From Candidatus Omnitrophota bacterium (lineage in GTDB: Bacteria; Omnitrophota; Gorgyraeia; Tantalellales; Tantalellaceae): 64,000 nt of DNA. The DNA lies in the NCBI GenBank assembly GCA_014728075.1, contig WJMG01000027.1:696-64695 (forward strand). The letters run 5' to 3'. The notes beneath the pieces are model-generated. The model saw only the letters and a list, made by a program, of their open reading frames with translations. It made no database searches and was not told where the DNA came from. Positions 29,453 to 39,577 of this stretch are shown in pieces (position 1 is the first letter of the stretch; each line of letters starts with the position of its first letter). The position numbers and the translations under genes are program-made.

Positions 29453-30271
29453 TCAGATCCTTTCCACAGAACGCAGGGTAGCGGTCACTCTCCCGAAGGG
29501 GATCCAGACACGGCCGTAAAGAGGATATTTCCTTTTTCCCGCCTCGAAATACATCCATCCGTGCCCTTTTTTAACCTCTTTCCCCTTAAGCGCGGCGTAC
29601 GGAACGAGTTTAAAAGCGGGGAATTCGCCCAGCCGCGGGAGTTTAATGACATCGAGGTCTTCAACACGGCCGTAAAGATCGTAGTTCTTCTCGTTGAGCG
29701 TGATCACCATGTGCACATTATCTCCCGGCCCTACAGACATGGTCATAAAACGGCACATGGCGCTTACCGGGTCCTGCACCTCGGGCCCTATAGCGCATTT
29801 TTTTACGGACCCGTCGGTAAGATTGGTATGTATGGCTTGCATGTCCTCAAAATCGTACTCGACGACAAGATGTTTTCTGTAGTTTCCTTCCCTCCGGTCC
29901 GCCTCGAAACGCATGCTGGTCATAGTTTCCGTGTCGATGTACGAAGTATAAACATCCTCAACGCGGTATATCTTCGAAAGGAACCTGTTGGATTCCGTGA
30001 CCACGGAAACCACATACACATCCCTCCCCCTGTACTCTTTTATCCCGTAACTTGTGGCAATTATCTTTCCTATGGGCACCCCGTTCCAGGCCATAAGGTA
30101 GGTAAAGCGTATATCGGTCGGGAAATCGACTCTCCTGGACATGCCGGCCGTTACGGTTTCCCTGGTCACCCCGCCGACCTCGCCCAGCTGCTTGATCTTC
30201 CCCGTAGAGGCACATCCCGACGAAAGAAGGGAAAGCAGCACAAAGATAGTTAAGGGTTTTAATTTTTCCAT
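29453..30271 (-). CDS. Lipoprotein, DUF3108-like
   Basis: Lipobox LLSSGC. Confidence 0.45.
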   Translation of the reverse strand: MEKLKPLTIFVLLSLLSSGCASTGKIKQLGEVGGVTRETVTAGMSRRVDFPTDIRFTYLMAWNGVPIGKIIATSYGIKEYRGRDVYVVSVVTESNRFLSKIYRVEDVYTSYIDTETMTSMRFEADRREGNYRKHLVVEYDFEDMQAIHTNLTDGSVKKCAIGPEVQDPVSAMCRFMTMSVGPGDNVHMVITLNEKNYDLYGRVEDLDVIKLPRLGEFPAFKLVPYAALKGKEVKKGHGWMYFEAGKRKYPLYGRVWIPFGRVTATLRSVERI

Positions 30272-30372
30272 ATTTTATATTATAATCTAAGGAAGTATTA
30301 CCCTACAAGAAATAGCGAAGAGCGTCAAGTCTAAACATATTATCGGTTCCGCCCATCCAGAGAGGAGATACG

Positions 30373-30918
30373 ATGAAAAGCTTCCTTGATCTCGCGAAAC
30401 AGCGAAGAAGCGTAAGGACTTACATCAACCGTAAGATCACGCGTTCCCATCTAGAGAAATGCGTGGAAGCCGCCCGCTTCGCCCCTTCAGCCTGCAATTC
30501 CCAGGAGTGGAGATTTGTAGCGGTGGACTCTCCCGAAAAGAAAAAAGAAATAGACGGGACCTTCAAGGGCCCCTACGCCATGAACAGTTTCGCTTCGGGC
30601 TGCGCCGCCTACATCGTAATAGTACTCGACAGTCTCAAGACCACGGCCTGGGCCGGGGGCAAGGTAATGGGCACGGATTTCCGGAGAATAGATATCGGGA
30701 TAGCGTGCGACCACATAGTTATGCAGGCACAGGACCTGGGTATCGGCAGCTGCATCCTCGGGTGGTTCAACGAAAAGGCCGTCAAAAGGATACTGAATGT
30801 GCCCCGCAACAGAAAGATAGAACTTTTGATATCTCTGGGATACCCGGATCCGGGAAAAGAGAAACTTGAGAAATACATGAAAGACAGAAAAGAAGTGCTG
30901 GGATTCAATACATACTAA
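30373..30918 (+). CDS. Nitroreductase family protein
   Basis: It has RRSVRTY and PSACNSQ motifs. Confidence 0.8.
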   Translation: MKSFLDLAKQRRSVRTYINRKITRSHLEKCVEAARFAPSACNSQEWRFVAVDSPEKKKEIDGTFKGPYAMNSFASGCAAYIVIVLDSLKTTAWAGGKVMGTDFRRIDIGIACDHIVMQAQDLGIGSCILGWFNEKAVKRILNVPRNRKIELLISLGYPDPGKEKLEKYMKDRKEVLGFNTY

Positions 30919-30945
30919 AACGGGTCTCAGGAAGAACGGCATAAA

Positions 30946-30979
30946 ATAAAAAGCCCGGCTTTTCAGCCGGGCTTTTTGC
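30946..30979. terminator. Bidirectional rho-independent terminator
   Basis: AGCCCGGCT, loop tttc, AGCCGGGCT, flanked by A and T runs. Confidence 0.7.
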
Positions 30980-31004
30980 CGAAGAAACTTACATAAAACA
31001 CAAT

Positions 31005-31292
31005 TTATTCGCTTTCCGGATACCAGAAGGTAGCTATCTTCCAGATCCCGCCGACGAACCTCGCTATACCCCTTCCCACATCATCATTGGTCTTATCCGT
31101 GGAGTCGGAATAGGCCGGAGAACCCTTGGTCCCGGTCTCGTCGATATTGTCAGGCACCTCAAGCTGGCCGTACAGTATATCATCCAGCCCCTGACCGAGG
31201 TTCTTTAAAGGCTTGTTCGTTGATGCAAAAGCGCTGACATTGAATAAAAGTGCGGCTACTACTATAAGTATAAAAAGCTTCTTCATCTTCAC
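31005..31292 (-). CDS. Small secreted hypothetical protein
   Basis: 95 aa with a signal peptide. Confidence 0.45.
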   Translation of the reverse strand: MKMKKLFILIVVAALLFNVSAFASTNKPLKNLGQGLDDILYGQLEVPDNIDETGTKGSPAYSDSTDKTNDDVGRGIARFVGGIWKIATFWYPESE

Positions 31293-31379
31293 CCCCTTTA
31301 ACCTTTAGCTTGGAGTATATCCCATATATGGCAAATTGTCAATATTTTGATGTCAAAATATTTTCTAGTATTAATATCA

Positions 31380-31886
31380 TCAAATAATACCGGCGAACTT
31401 CAACGCGCAGATCGTCTTGGAATCCAGGATCTTCCCGGCTGAAAAAAGCGCTCTGACCTCTTTTTTGCCCAATATCCTCACATCTACACATTCATCGGGA
31501 TCACCCTGAGCGTCGGAGGCGCCTGAACATTCAGCTCTGTATATGTGTATCATCTCGTTACAAAAACCCGGGGTGGTATACACGACTCCCAGCTTCTTCA
31601 AAGACGAGACCTTGAAACCCGTTTCCTCGGCAGCTTCTCGTTTAGCGCAGGAATAGGGTGTTTCCCCCTCTTCAAGCGTACCCGCGGGAAGCTCCCATAT
31701 GTATTTCTCTATAACGCCACGGTACTGCCTTATCATAACGACCTTTCCCTTTAAGAATGGCACTATAAGCGCGGCCCCCGGGTGATCTATCTCCTCGAAG
31801 TAGGCCTGCGCCCCGTTAGGCATTTTCTTATGACTCTCATACAGGTTGAGCAATTTACCCTTGTAGACGCTTTTTCTTTTCGTCAT
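31380..31886 (-). CDS. NUDIX hydrolase (ADP-ribose pyrophosphatase-like)
   Basis: It has the Nudix box GTLEEGETPYSCAKREAAEETG. Confidence 0.8.
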   Translation of the reverse strand: MTKRKSVYKGKLLNLYESHKKMPNGAQAYFEEIDHPGAALIVPFLKGKVVMIRQYRGVIEKYIWELPAGTLEEGETPYSCAKREAAEETGFKVSSLKKLGVVYTTPGFCNEMIHIYRAECSGASDAQGDPDECVDVRILGKKEVRALFSAGKILDSKTICALKFAGII

Positions 31887-32058
31887 TATAACCTCTCTCT
31901 CCTCCTTAAAAAAGGAGTATACCGTATCACAAGCGTATCAACAAGAACTAATGTTCCGGAGGCCGCGATACACGGAACACTGCAGGACAAAAAAATAGGG
32001 CACGATGTTATCCATCGTGCCCCTTAAACTATAACCTTAACGCCTGCCGCCAAGCGTA

Positions 32059-32445
32059 TTATTTTTTCAAATAGTCGAGAATAGCCTGGTCCTTCTTCGC
32101 TTCCCATTCCTTTTTGAAATCCGCCTTGTGTTTTGTTTTTAATGCGGGCATTACCGTATAAGTGTTATAGACGCCCTTCCTGAAAGAGCTGGCGACCTTC
32201 TCGTTTCCCCCGAACGGTGTGACCTTTACCATCAGAGTCGACAAAAGAAGAACCGTTGTCATACATACCGCGCTATATTTCAGGGCTTTGTGGGCGGAAA
32301 GCGCTTCGCTTTTACATTTCATAGATACTCCGAAATCAAGATCCCCTTTAAGGTACTCTCCTGCGATGTTCGCGGCTTCCTCTCGATTTGACGCCTCACA
32401 TATAACTTCAATTATGGTCCTGTACTTCATTTCCTTTTCCTCCAA
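32059..32445 (-). CDS. Hypothetical protein with one TM helix
   Basis: 128-aa ORF with no family recognised. Confidence 0.35.
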   Translation of the reverse strand: MEEKEMKYRTIIEVICEASNREEAANIAGEYLKGDLDFGVSMKCKSEALSAHKALKYSAVCMTTVLLLSTLMVKVTPFGGNEKVASSFRKGVYNTYTVMPALKTKHKADFKKEWEAKKDQAILDYLKK

Positions 32446-32669
32446 AATGGTTAAAACAGCTTACTTTTCTTTCATTTACAAGTTTACACCCAATAAAAGC
32501 TTAAGTCAACTAGCTTTTTTAAACCTTAATGAATATGAAAATTATTCGTGAGTTTAGTAACAATGATTAATATCATCAGATTTTCTAACTTGTTAATTCT
32601 TAACAGTTGAGGCAAAAAAAAGGCCCGGAGAAACCCCGGACCCTTGTCGTCTCATCTTCCCGTGCTTAT

Positions 32670-33464
32670 TTAAACATTTGCCCCGCCTAATATACGGACT
32701 GCCTCGTCATGTATTAACCCGTTCGTGGCCAGAACGGAACCGGAACGAATATCGTAACCCTCGCCCGTGATCGAAGTTACCCTGCCCCCGGCTTCCATCA
32801 CCAGGAGAAAACCGGCGGCCGTATCCCAGGGATGAAGGTCCATCTCCCAGAATCCGTCCAGACGGCCGCAGGCCACATAACAAAGGTCAAGGGCCGCAGC
32901 ACCGGGACGCCTGACCGCCTGTGTCTCGGCAAGCATCACCTTAAAATACTCAAGGTTCTTTATTTTGCGGTCAATGTTATAAGCGAACCCCGTCGCGAAA
33001 AGAGAACTTTTCAGTTCTTTTGCCCGGGAAACACTCATCCTTTCACCGTTCAGGAACGCGCCTTCGCCTCCGGCCGCGGAGAACAGTTCGTCCCTGTTGG
33101 GATCGTAGACCGCCGCAACGGCGGGTTTGCCTCCGGCATAGACGCCCACCGAGGTGCAATATACCGGAAAACCGTGGGCAAAATTAGTGGTGCCGTCGAT
33201 AGGGTCTACGATCCATGTATAATTTTCGGTCCTGTCTTCACGGCCGCTCTCCTCGGCAAGAATGGAATGTCCCGGAAAGAACTCTTTTATGTTATCCAGG
33301 ACTATTTTTTCGCACTTCCGGTCCACATCGGTGACCAGGTCGTTGAACCCGCTCTTATGGCTTATCTGCTTATCTCCGCGCATGCGGCTAAGAGCGTATC
33401 TTCCGGCTTCTCTGGCCGCGGCCTCCGCCACTTCTTTTATTTTCTTCAGATCTTCCATGACCAT
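32670..33464 (-). CDS. Inositol monophosphatase family (SuhB-like)
   Basis: It has WIVDPIDGT and AAG motifs. Confidence 0.85.
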   Translation of the reverse strand: MVMEDLKKIKEVAEAAAREAGRYALSRMRGDKQISHKSGFNDLVTDVDRKCEKIVLDNIKEFFPGHSILAEESGREDRTENYTWIVDPIDGTTNFAHGFPVYCTSVGVYAGGKPAVAAVYDPNRDELFSAAGGEGAFLNGERMSVSRAKELKSSLFATGFAYNIDRKIKNLEYFKVMLAETQAVRRPGAAALDLCYVACGRLDGFWEMDLHPWDTAAGFLLVMEAGGRVTSITGEGYDIRSGSVLATNGLIHDEAVRILGGANV

Positions 33465-33498
33465 CCTTTACATTTCCGTAAAACCTGCAGCCTGAACG

Positions 33499-34191
33499 CT
33501 ACACGCCGTACGCTAAACACTGGACATTCCTCTTCATCCTCCCCAGAGGGCACTCTCTGCACAAGGGCGACTTTTTCCTGCAATACCTCTTACCGGTCTC
33601 CACTATGTAAGCGTGGAAAGCGTTAAGCTGTTCCACTGTCCGCGGAAAATTGTCGTGAACGAGGTTCCGGAGCTCGTCATAGGGGGGCTCTTTATCTATC
33701 AGCAAATGTCTCTTGAAGATCCTCTTAGTATACGCGTCAACGACAAATACCGGCCTGCAAAGAGCGTACAGCAAGATACTGTCAGCGGTCTCAGGGCCGA
33801 TTCCGTTGACGCTTAGAAGTTTACCTCTCAAAATATCCGTATCAATACCACTTAAAAGTTTGATCTCCCCGGAACATTCGTTTTCCAGAAAAGAACAGAG
33901 GTTCTTGAGCTTTCGGGCTTTCTGCCTGAAATAACCCGCCGGCCTTATAAGAACGGCCAGCTCGCCGTCCTTCACACGGGAGAGAGCTTCCGGGGAAAGC
34001 AAGCCCCTTGACCTCAGGGCGGATATCGCCTTCTCGACATTGGACCAGGCGGTATTCTGGGTCAGAATGGCACCGACCATTACCTCGAACGGACCGTCCG
34101 CGGGCCACCACCCCAGATCGCCGTACCTCTTCTCAAAAGCGGAATAGATGCTCTTCAGCCTCCTATTCACTCTTAACGCCTGACGCTTCAC
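33499..34191 (-). CDS. Endonuclease III-like HhH-GPD glycosylase with [4Fe-4S] loop
   Basis: It has HhH-GPD (LLSVNGIGPETAD) and C-x6-C-x2-C-x5-C (CRKKSPLCRECPL...C). Confidence 0.75.
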   Translation of the reverse strand: MKRQALRVNRRLKSIYSAFEKRYGDLGWWPADGPFEVMVGAILTQNTAWSNVEKAISALRSRGLLSPEALSRVKDGELAVLIRPAGYFRQKARKLKNLCSFLENECSGEIKLLSGIDTDILRGKLLSVNGIGPETADSILLYALCRPVFVVDAYTKRIFKRHLLIDKEPPYDELRNLVHDNFPRTVEQLNAFHAYIVETGKRYCRKKSPLCRECPLGRMKRNVQCLAYGV

Positions 34192-35306
34192 GCCTTACGA
34201 TTCCCGCTGCTTACCGCCATCTCTATCCTTTCGGCTATCGGCGGATGGTCGTAAAAGAATATTTTCTTTAAAAGAGCGGGGCTCTTTTCGGCGAGATTCA
34301 TTCCGGCAAGCCGCTCCATGGCCCCGACAAAAGCTTTCGCGTTACCGGTAAGCTCAAGCGCGAAACGGTCCGACTGCTTCTCCAGGATCCTCGAAAACAG
34401 ATTCTGAACAGGCAGTACGGCGAAACCGAATACACCCATCAGAAGAACGAGGGCGGGAAACAGAGAAAGGTCGTCAACACCCGGCGCTCCGGTGGCCGCC
34501 GCGATTTGAGCCGCCGCCATGTACAGGAGGTAAAACCCCAGGTAAGCGGTGATCGCCGAGAACGCGAGCAGCTTCCATATATGCCTGTATTTCAAATGCC
34601 CGAATTCGTGCGCGACGACCACACGGACCTCATCCAGGGGAAAAGCTGAAATGAGGGTATCTCCAAGAACAACCCGTCTTGTGCCCCCCAGACCGACCAG
34701 CGCGGCGTTAGCTTTCCTGGTTTTAGAGCTAAGGTCGATCTTTAAAACATCCGTCAGGGGTATACCGGCCTTTCCGGAAAGTTCAAATATAGCCTCCTTT
34801 AGTTCCTCTTCCTCCACCGGCGTGTATTTATAGAACAAAGGAACTATCAGAACGGGAAGCAAACGGGCCAGGACCACGGAAAAAAGCACCCAGAGGGACG
34901 ACACCACTATCCACCATGACCCCGGAAAAGCACGGAGAACAAGATAAAAGACCTCGGCGCAGGTTATATACAGGATAAAAGAAAGCGTTACGGCCTTTGC
35001 CTCGTCTTTTAACCACGACAGGAAAGATCTTTCGGAAAGACCGAACTTTTTCTCGAGAACGAACGAGGAGAAAAAGTGCAGGGGGAAAGATACAAGATAC
35101 ATAAATACCAGAAAGGCCGAAATATATAAAAAACAGGAGACAAAGAAAGAAGAACTCCTTGCTGAAACCCATTGCGAAAGAGCTTCAGAGGCGAATATCC
35201 AGAAAAAGAGAACCGCCCCCAGGCTCAAAAGTATATCCGCGATCAAGATACGGAACTTGACCGCGGAATACTTTTTCGCGTCACTGTCCTTCGGACCATA
35301 GGCCAT
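34188..35306 (-). CDS. M48-family membrane zinc metalloprotease (Ste24/HtpX-like)
   Basis: It has HEFGH and multiple N-terminal TM helices. Confidence 0.8.
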   Translation of the reverse strand: MAYGPKDSDAKKYSAVKFRILIADILLSLGAVLFFWIFASEALSQWVSARSSSFFVSCFLYISAFLVFMYLVSFPLHFFSSFVLEKKFGLSERSFLSWLKDEAKAVTLSFILYITCAEVFYLVLRAFPGSWWIVVSSLWVLFSVVLARLLPVLIVPLFYKYTPVEEEELKEAIFELSGKAGIPLTDVLKIDLSSKTRKANAALVGLGGTRRVVLGDTLISAFPLDEVRVVVAHEFGHLKYRHIWKLLAFSAITAYLGFYLLYMAAAQIAAATGAPGVDDLSLFPALVLLMGVFGFAVLPVQNLFSRILEKQSDRFALELTGNAKAFVGAMERLAGMNLAEKSPALLKKIFFYDHPPIAERIEMAVSSGNRKA

Positions 35307-36319
35307 CAGCGCTTTTCTACCTCCGAGATCGCGAGCTTGGCCCTTTTCCTGACCTTGCTGGATTCGGCTTTCAGCATAGGCTCGAGGATCTCCTTATCGG
35401 AGCTGTCACCCATTTCACCTACTACTTTTATGGAAGAAAGCTTGACCGACATGTGCTCGTCGTCAAGATGCTGCTTTGCCACCTCGAGCGCCTCGGGGCT
35501 TTTCCTCCTGCCGAGAGCGAGTATGGCCCTGCTGGCCACGCGGGGATCAAGGGAATTAGCCGACTCGACGAGGAACTCGTCCACGCCGTTGACCTTCAAG
35601 GTCGCCAGCCTCGATATGGCTACGGTCCGTATATTGGTGTCGGGATCCTTTGTCAGCCACACAAGGGGCTGCAGGCAATCCTGGGTGCCTATAAGGCCCA
35701 GCGCTTTTGCCACGGTCAGCCTTACTCCGGGATCATAGTCCCTGACCATTTCGGTCAGATAAGGCACGGCTTCCTCGGACCTGAGCCTTCCGAGGGCCGC
35801 TACGGCATACATCCTTACCCTGGGGTCGTAATCGCCGAGAGCCGCTATAAAAAGGTCCGTATCGCTTTCCGGGGCGAGTTTAGCGAGAGCCCTTACGGCG
35901 TTGAACCTGACATTGGGGAAACTGTCGGTCAGAAGCCTTTTCAAAGGCTCTACCGACTTCCCGGTGCCTATCGCGCCCAGTGTCTTCGCGGCTTCCTGCC
36001 TTACCTTCTGGCTTCTGTCCCTGAGCATGACTATAACTTCCTCCTCCACGGAGGAATCCGCCGTTTCGGCCAGTATCTTCAGAGCCGCAACTCTGGCGAA
36101 CTCGTCGGTCTGGTCATCGAGCACCGGTAGAACATATTCCACGACTTCGCCATCGTAAGAGGCGAGATCCCTCATGGCATCCATCCTCCTGGGCTTTTCG
36201 TAAAGCTCCTTTACCAGCCTCTTTATCTTGTAGTTAGTTCCCGAACCGCCGTCATCGGCCGACGCGGGCGAACATAAAAAAGCGGCCGCCGCTATTAAAA
36301 TAAAAACCTTTTTGAACAT
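35306..36319 (-). CDS. Secreted HEAT-repeat (PBS-lyase type) protein
   Basis: It has a signal peptide and repeated VRxxAxxALG units. Confidence 0.7.
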   Translation of the reverse strand: MFKKVFILIAAAAFLCSPASADDGGSGTNYKIKRLVKELYEKPRRMDAMRDLASYDGEVVEYVLPVLDDQTDEFARVAALKILAETADSSVEEEVIVMLRDRSQKVRQEAAKTLGAIGTGKSVEPLKRLLTDSFPNVRFNAVRALAKLAPESDTDLFIAALGDYDPRVRMYAVAALGRLRSEEAVPYLTEMVRDYDPGVRLTVAKALGLIGTQDCLQPLVWLTKDPDTNIRTVAISRLATLKVNGVDEFLVESANSLDPRVASRAILALGRRKSPEALEVAKQHLDDEHMSVKLSSIKVVGEMGDSSDKEILEPMLKAESSKVRKRAKLAISEVEKR

Positions 36320-36363
36320 CCCGTTATCCTCCTTTGGCGCGGGAACGCGCCTTTACTTTGCAG

Positions 36364-36762
36364 CTACGATCTTTTTTTCTTCCGGGAAGAGGGCTTTTTA
36401 CCGGCCCCTGCCCCGGATGACATCTTATTGAGCTTCTTTTTTATTTTATCGCCTTCGGTATTTATCTTCTGCAGACGCTTCTTGTATTTATCCAGATCGG
36501 CGACATCAAGGTCCCCTTTCATCAGCTTTTCCGCCACATATTTGCCCATTTCGTGAAAGAGCTTTTCTTTCTGCACATTCTTCATCTGTATCTCCAGATG
36601 CGTCTGGGCAACACGGTACATCTTGGAGATATCTTCTTCCGCCGCCTTCATGGCTTTGGAGAGATGCACCCCCGTCCTCTCCATTACGGGCTGCATCCTC
36701 TTGACCAGTTTATCCATCTCCCCTCTGAAATCTTTCTTTTTGGTCGTTTTCTTCTTTGCCAT
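36364..36762 (-). CDS. Lys-rich coiled-coil protein (phasin-like?)
   Basis: 132 aa with KKK tails at both ends. Confidence 0.4.
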   Translation of the reverse strand: MAKKKTTKKKDFRGEMDKLVKRMQPVMERTGVHLSKAMKAAEEDISKMYRVAQTHLEIQMKNVQKEKLFHEMGKYVAEKLMKGDLDVADLDKYKKRLQKINTEGDKIKKKLNKMSSGAGAGKKPSSRKKKRS

Positions 36763-36782
36763 TTGTCCCTCCTCTGTAATAT

Positions 36783-37580
36783 TTAATTTTCGAAATATGC
36801 TTCCTTTTCGTACCGCACCCTGCAGATACCTCTCTTTGAGTTCTCTATAAAATCAACGAGACACTTTACTTCGTCCGATCTCAACCTGTCGCCGATCTCA
36901 GCTATAGCCTCGGCCTGCAATTTTCCGGACAGATAAAGCAGGCGGTACGCTTCCTTGATCTCCCGGACAGCTTCCCTGCTGAAGCCCGCCCTTTTGAGGC
37001 CTATAAGGTTAACTCCCCTGATGACCGAAGGCCCCCTGACTATCATGTAGGGGGGTACATCCTTGTTGACCCCCGTAAAACCTCCTATCATCGCGTACGC
37101 TCCGACCCGGCAGAATTGATGAAAAACCACATTCCCGGAAATAAAAGCGCCTTTCCCCACCTCCATGTGTCCGGCGAGTATGGCGCTGTTCGCCACTATT
37201 ACATTATCGGCTATCCTGCAGTTGTGCCCTACATGCGCCTGGGCCATAAGCATGACATTATCCCCTATAACGGTACTGCTCTCTTCCTGGGTCCCCCTGT
37301 GGACGGTGACATATTCCCGTATAACGCAGTTCTTTCCTATCCGGGTATAACTATTACCGCCGGAATAAGCCAGGTCCTGCGGCTCGTTACCTATGACCGC
37401 TCCCATATGAACTACGGTACCTTCGCCGATAGATGTGTTGCCGCAAAGATACGCGTTGGCCATGATCCTTACCCCCGGACCCACTTTTACATTTCCGTCA
37501 ATGATCACATTAGGCCCTATCTCGGCCGTTTCGTGTATCTCCGCCTTTTTATCCACCATGGCTGTCCTGTTCAAGGGCAT
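36783..37580 (-). CDS. lpxA: Acyl-ACP--UDP-N-acetylglucosamine O-acyltransferase
   Basis: Left-handed beta-helix hexapeptide repeats plus an LpxA-type C-terminal helical domain; 265 aa. Confidence 0.8.
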   Translation of the reverse strand: MPLNRTAMVDKKAEIHETAEIGPNVIIDGNVKVGPGVRIMANAYLCGNTSIGEGTVVHMGAVIGNEPQDLAYSGGNSYTRIGKNCVIREYVTVHRGTQEESSTVIGDNVMLMAQAHVGHNCRIADNVIVANSAILAGHMEVGKGAFISGNVVFHQFCRVGAYAMIGGFTGVNKDVPPYMIVRGPSVIRGVNLIGLKRAGFSREAVREIKEAYRLLYLSGKLQAEAIAEIGDRLRSDEVKCLVDFIENSKRGICRVRYEKEAYFEN

Positions 37581-37582
37581 AT

Positions 37583-37999
37583 TCAGACTCCTTCCCTGTC
37601 GAGTTTATCCACGAGATCGTTGATCACATCCGCTATAGGCTTAAGGTCGTGGTCCTTGTTCACCTGAAGCCTCACACTGTAATCTCCCTCATCTATGCGC
37701 TTTATGTCCTCCTCAAGCCGCTCCAGCGGAGCTACGAACCTGTAGGAAAGCACAACAGCCCAGCTGAGCATGCCTACGAACACTATCGGCAGCCCTACTG
37801 CCAGTATCAGGTTTATGCGGTAAACTACCGGCAAAAGGTCCCTGGCTATGAAATCGGGAAGCGCTATCTGTTCCGCGAGCACGGTGAATATAAAGTAATA
37901 AAGGCATCCTCCTACGAACACCGTCGGTATTATCATGGACAGGATGATAAGGAACAGGTATCGGGACTGTAATGATCGGTTAAGGTACTTGATGGCCAT
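37583..37999 (-). CDS. Small membrane protein with HAMP domain
   Basis: It has two TM helices and a HAMP-like segment (PLERLEEDIKRIDEGDYSVRL). Its stop is 2 nt before lpxA. Confidence 0.5.
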   Translation of the reverse strand: MAIKYLNRSLQSRYLFLIILSMIIPTVFVGGCLYYFIFTVLAEQIALPDFIARDLLPVVYRINLILAVGLPIVFVGMLSWAVVLSYRFVAPLERLEEDIKRIDEGDYSVRLQVNKDHDLKPIADVINDLVDKLDREGV

Positions 38000-38021
38000 C
38001 CTCCTGTTTTATTCAACCGGG

Positions 38022-38825
38022 CTATCTCTCTCTTTTTCTCAAAAGAGGTATCCTGGGAAGGCTTGGAAGCTCCAGTCTCCTCTGACTCCCCCCGGAGCTC
38101 TCTATAACATGTTCTACGCCCCCGGTATATCCGAGCGTTATATCCTTGTAATACGCCGAGGCGCTGGAATCGGTGCTGTCGGAATCGGTCATAACGGAGA
38201 CCGCCTCAACATCGACAGTAAGCTCCTCGCCGAAAAGTTCCAGATAATCCTTTTTGAGGTCCCGCCTCTCATGTTTCCATATCTCGGAAGGCCCCGACTG
38301 AAGTACCATTATCCTGACATTCTCCGTATAAGGGCTTACGGCGCTCCTTCCGACCGGAATTTCCCTGCACCAGACATATTGTATGGCTTTCATGTTAAGG
38401 AAGAACCTGGCGTGAAACACCACATACACCTGGGCGGCAAAATCGAAGACTTCCTTGTCTTGCAGGTCTTCCTCCGAACCGAGTTCGGGAAATTCCTCCG
38501 CCTTCCAGTCCCAGCTCACGAATGGGTCCCTTTCGTGGGAAAGCGGCTGCTTGTAATAAAGAGCGGAAGCCGAATCCTCGCTGATCGCTTTAAGGCAGTT
38601 CAAGCCTTCGTGTTCCGCCACCAGGTATTCGGTCTTTTTTTGACCCAGGAGCTTTCGATCCCATCCCTCAAGACCGGCCGGTGAAGAGAAAGGGAAATAC
38701 CGGACCACCTCATACTCCGAACCCTCAACTTCCTCTTCCCTGAGAGGAAAACGGTCTTTAAGGAACAGCAGGACAAGAACGGCGGCAAGAAAAAATAAGA
38801 AGATTACAATCCCTAATCGCCTCAC
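38022..38825 (-). CDS. Membrane-anchored DUF3047-like protein
   Basis: It has an N-terminal TM helix. Family assigned from memory only. Confidence 0.4.
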   Translation of the reverse strand: MRRLGIVIFLFFLAAVLVLLFLKDRFPLREEEVEGSEYEVVRYFPFSSPAGLEGWDRKLLGQKKTEYLVAEHEGLNCLKAISEDSASALYYKQPLSHERDPFVSWDWKAEEFPELGSEEDLQDKEVFDFAAQVYVVFHARFFLNMKAIQYVWCREIPVGRSAVSPYTENVRIMVLQSGPSEIWKHERRDLKKDYLELFGEELTVDVEAVSVMTDSDSTDSSASAYYKDITLGYTGGVEHVIESSGGSQRRLELPSLPRIPLLRKRER

Positions 38826-38840
38826 AGAACCGCCCCGGGC

Positions 38841-39230
38841 CTAGATCTTGATCTTTTCGGACCATTCGTTGATAATAGGCATTTTCCATTTATTGCCCAT
38901 CAGCACCTGCACTATACCGACGAGAGAAAGAATAGCGCATACAAGAGTCCCGATGAGTGAAACAAAAGTGCCCAGCAAAGGAATTATCCCTATTATCCCG
39001 AATCCGACTTCAACGATAAAAAGCATCAGACCCTGCCTGGCGTGGAACTTTACGAACGGATCCTCTTTTTTCATCAATATCGGGACAAGGCAAAGGATCC
39101 AAAGATACGCGAGTATCGCGTACACATTCTCGTTAGAAGCGTTATTCTCTTTTTTTACTCCGGCGCTTTCCGGTGTTTTCCTGTCTTCGTCCATGGAACA
39201 TCCTCCTTCACTGATAAAGGTCGAATTCAT
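38841..39230 (-). CDS. DUF4870-like small membrane protein
   Basis: Start reset to MNSTF (ATG 39230) because the promoter TTGACT-16-TAAAAT at 39260-39287 overlaps the track's longer ORF. RBS is GAGGTAAG. Confidence 0.45.
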   Translation of the reverse strand: MNSTFISEGGCSMDEDRKTPESAGVKKENNASNENVYAILAYLWILCLVPILMKKEDPFVKFHARQGLMLFIVEVGFGIIGIIPLLGTFVSLIGTLVCAILSLVGIVQVLMGNKWKMPIINEWSEKIKI

Positions 39231-39259
39231 ACTGTCGTATCTTACCTCAATACTTACAT

Positions 39260-39287
39260 ATTTTAGTATTATTAATAATAAAGTCAA
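39260..39287 (-). promoter_or_regulatory. sigma70-type promoter
   Basis: TTGACT, a 16-nt spacer and TAAAAT on the coding strand, immediately downstream of repeat element copy 1. Confidence 0.5.
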
Positions 39288-39300
39288 TATATTCTTAAAT

Positions 39301-39440
39301 TTAGACTCGAGACCAGGGGCTAGAGGTTTCGTTGAGGTAGAGGCAGAGAAAAAGGATGCGGGATAAAATATATGTATTTGCTGTCGGCCTTCGGGAGGCT
39401 CGAGGCTGGAGGCAAATGGCTAAAGGTGCGTCACGCGCGA
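39301..39440 (+). repeat. Promoter-proximal modular repeat element, copy 1
   Basis: It shares ctcgag..ggaggtttcgttgaggta(gagg)n..gagaaaaaggatg.gggataaaatatatgtatttgctgtcg.ccttc with 56047-56180 (reverse complement) and 59366-59445. It carries an extra gggaggctcgaggctggagg module. Confidence 0.7.
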
Positions 39441-39519
39441 GGCGATGGGGCCGGGTACCGCCTTGTTCCCGTACCCGGTACAAACGCATAAGTCCGCGTT
39501 GCCTCTCCAGCCCGGAGAT

Positions 39520-39558
39520 AAAAAAACCCCGGTTCGGCGGACCGAACCGGGGTTTTTG
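39520..39558. terminator. Bidirectional rho-independent terminator
   Basis: CCCCGGTTCGG, loop cgga, CCGAACCGGGG, flanked by A7 and T5. Confidence 0.7.
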
Positions 39559-39577
39559 TGGTTCACTTTAACGGAAC

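Noticed and set aside
39356-39571. 71-aa plus-strand ORF starting ATGCGGGATAAAATATATG
   Set aside because: It lies inside repeat copy 1. The corresponding frame in copy 2 has a stop after 5 codons, so it is not a conserved peptide.
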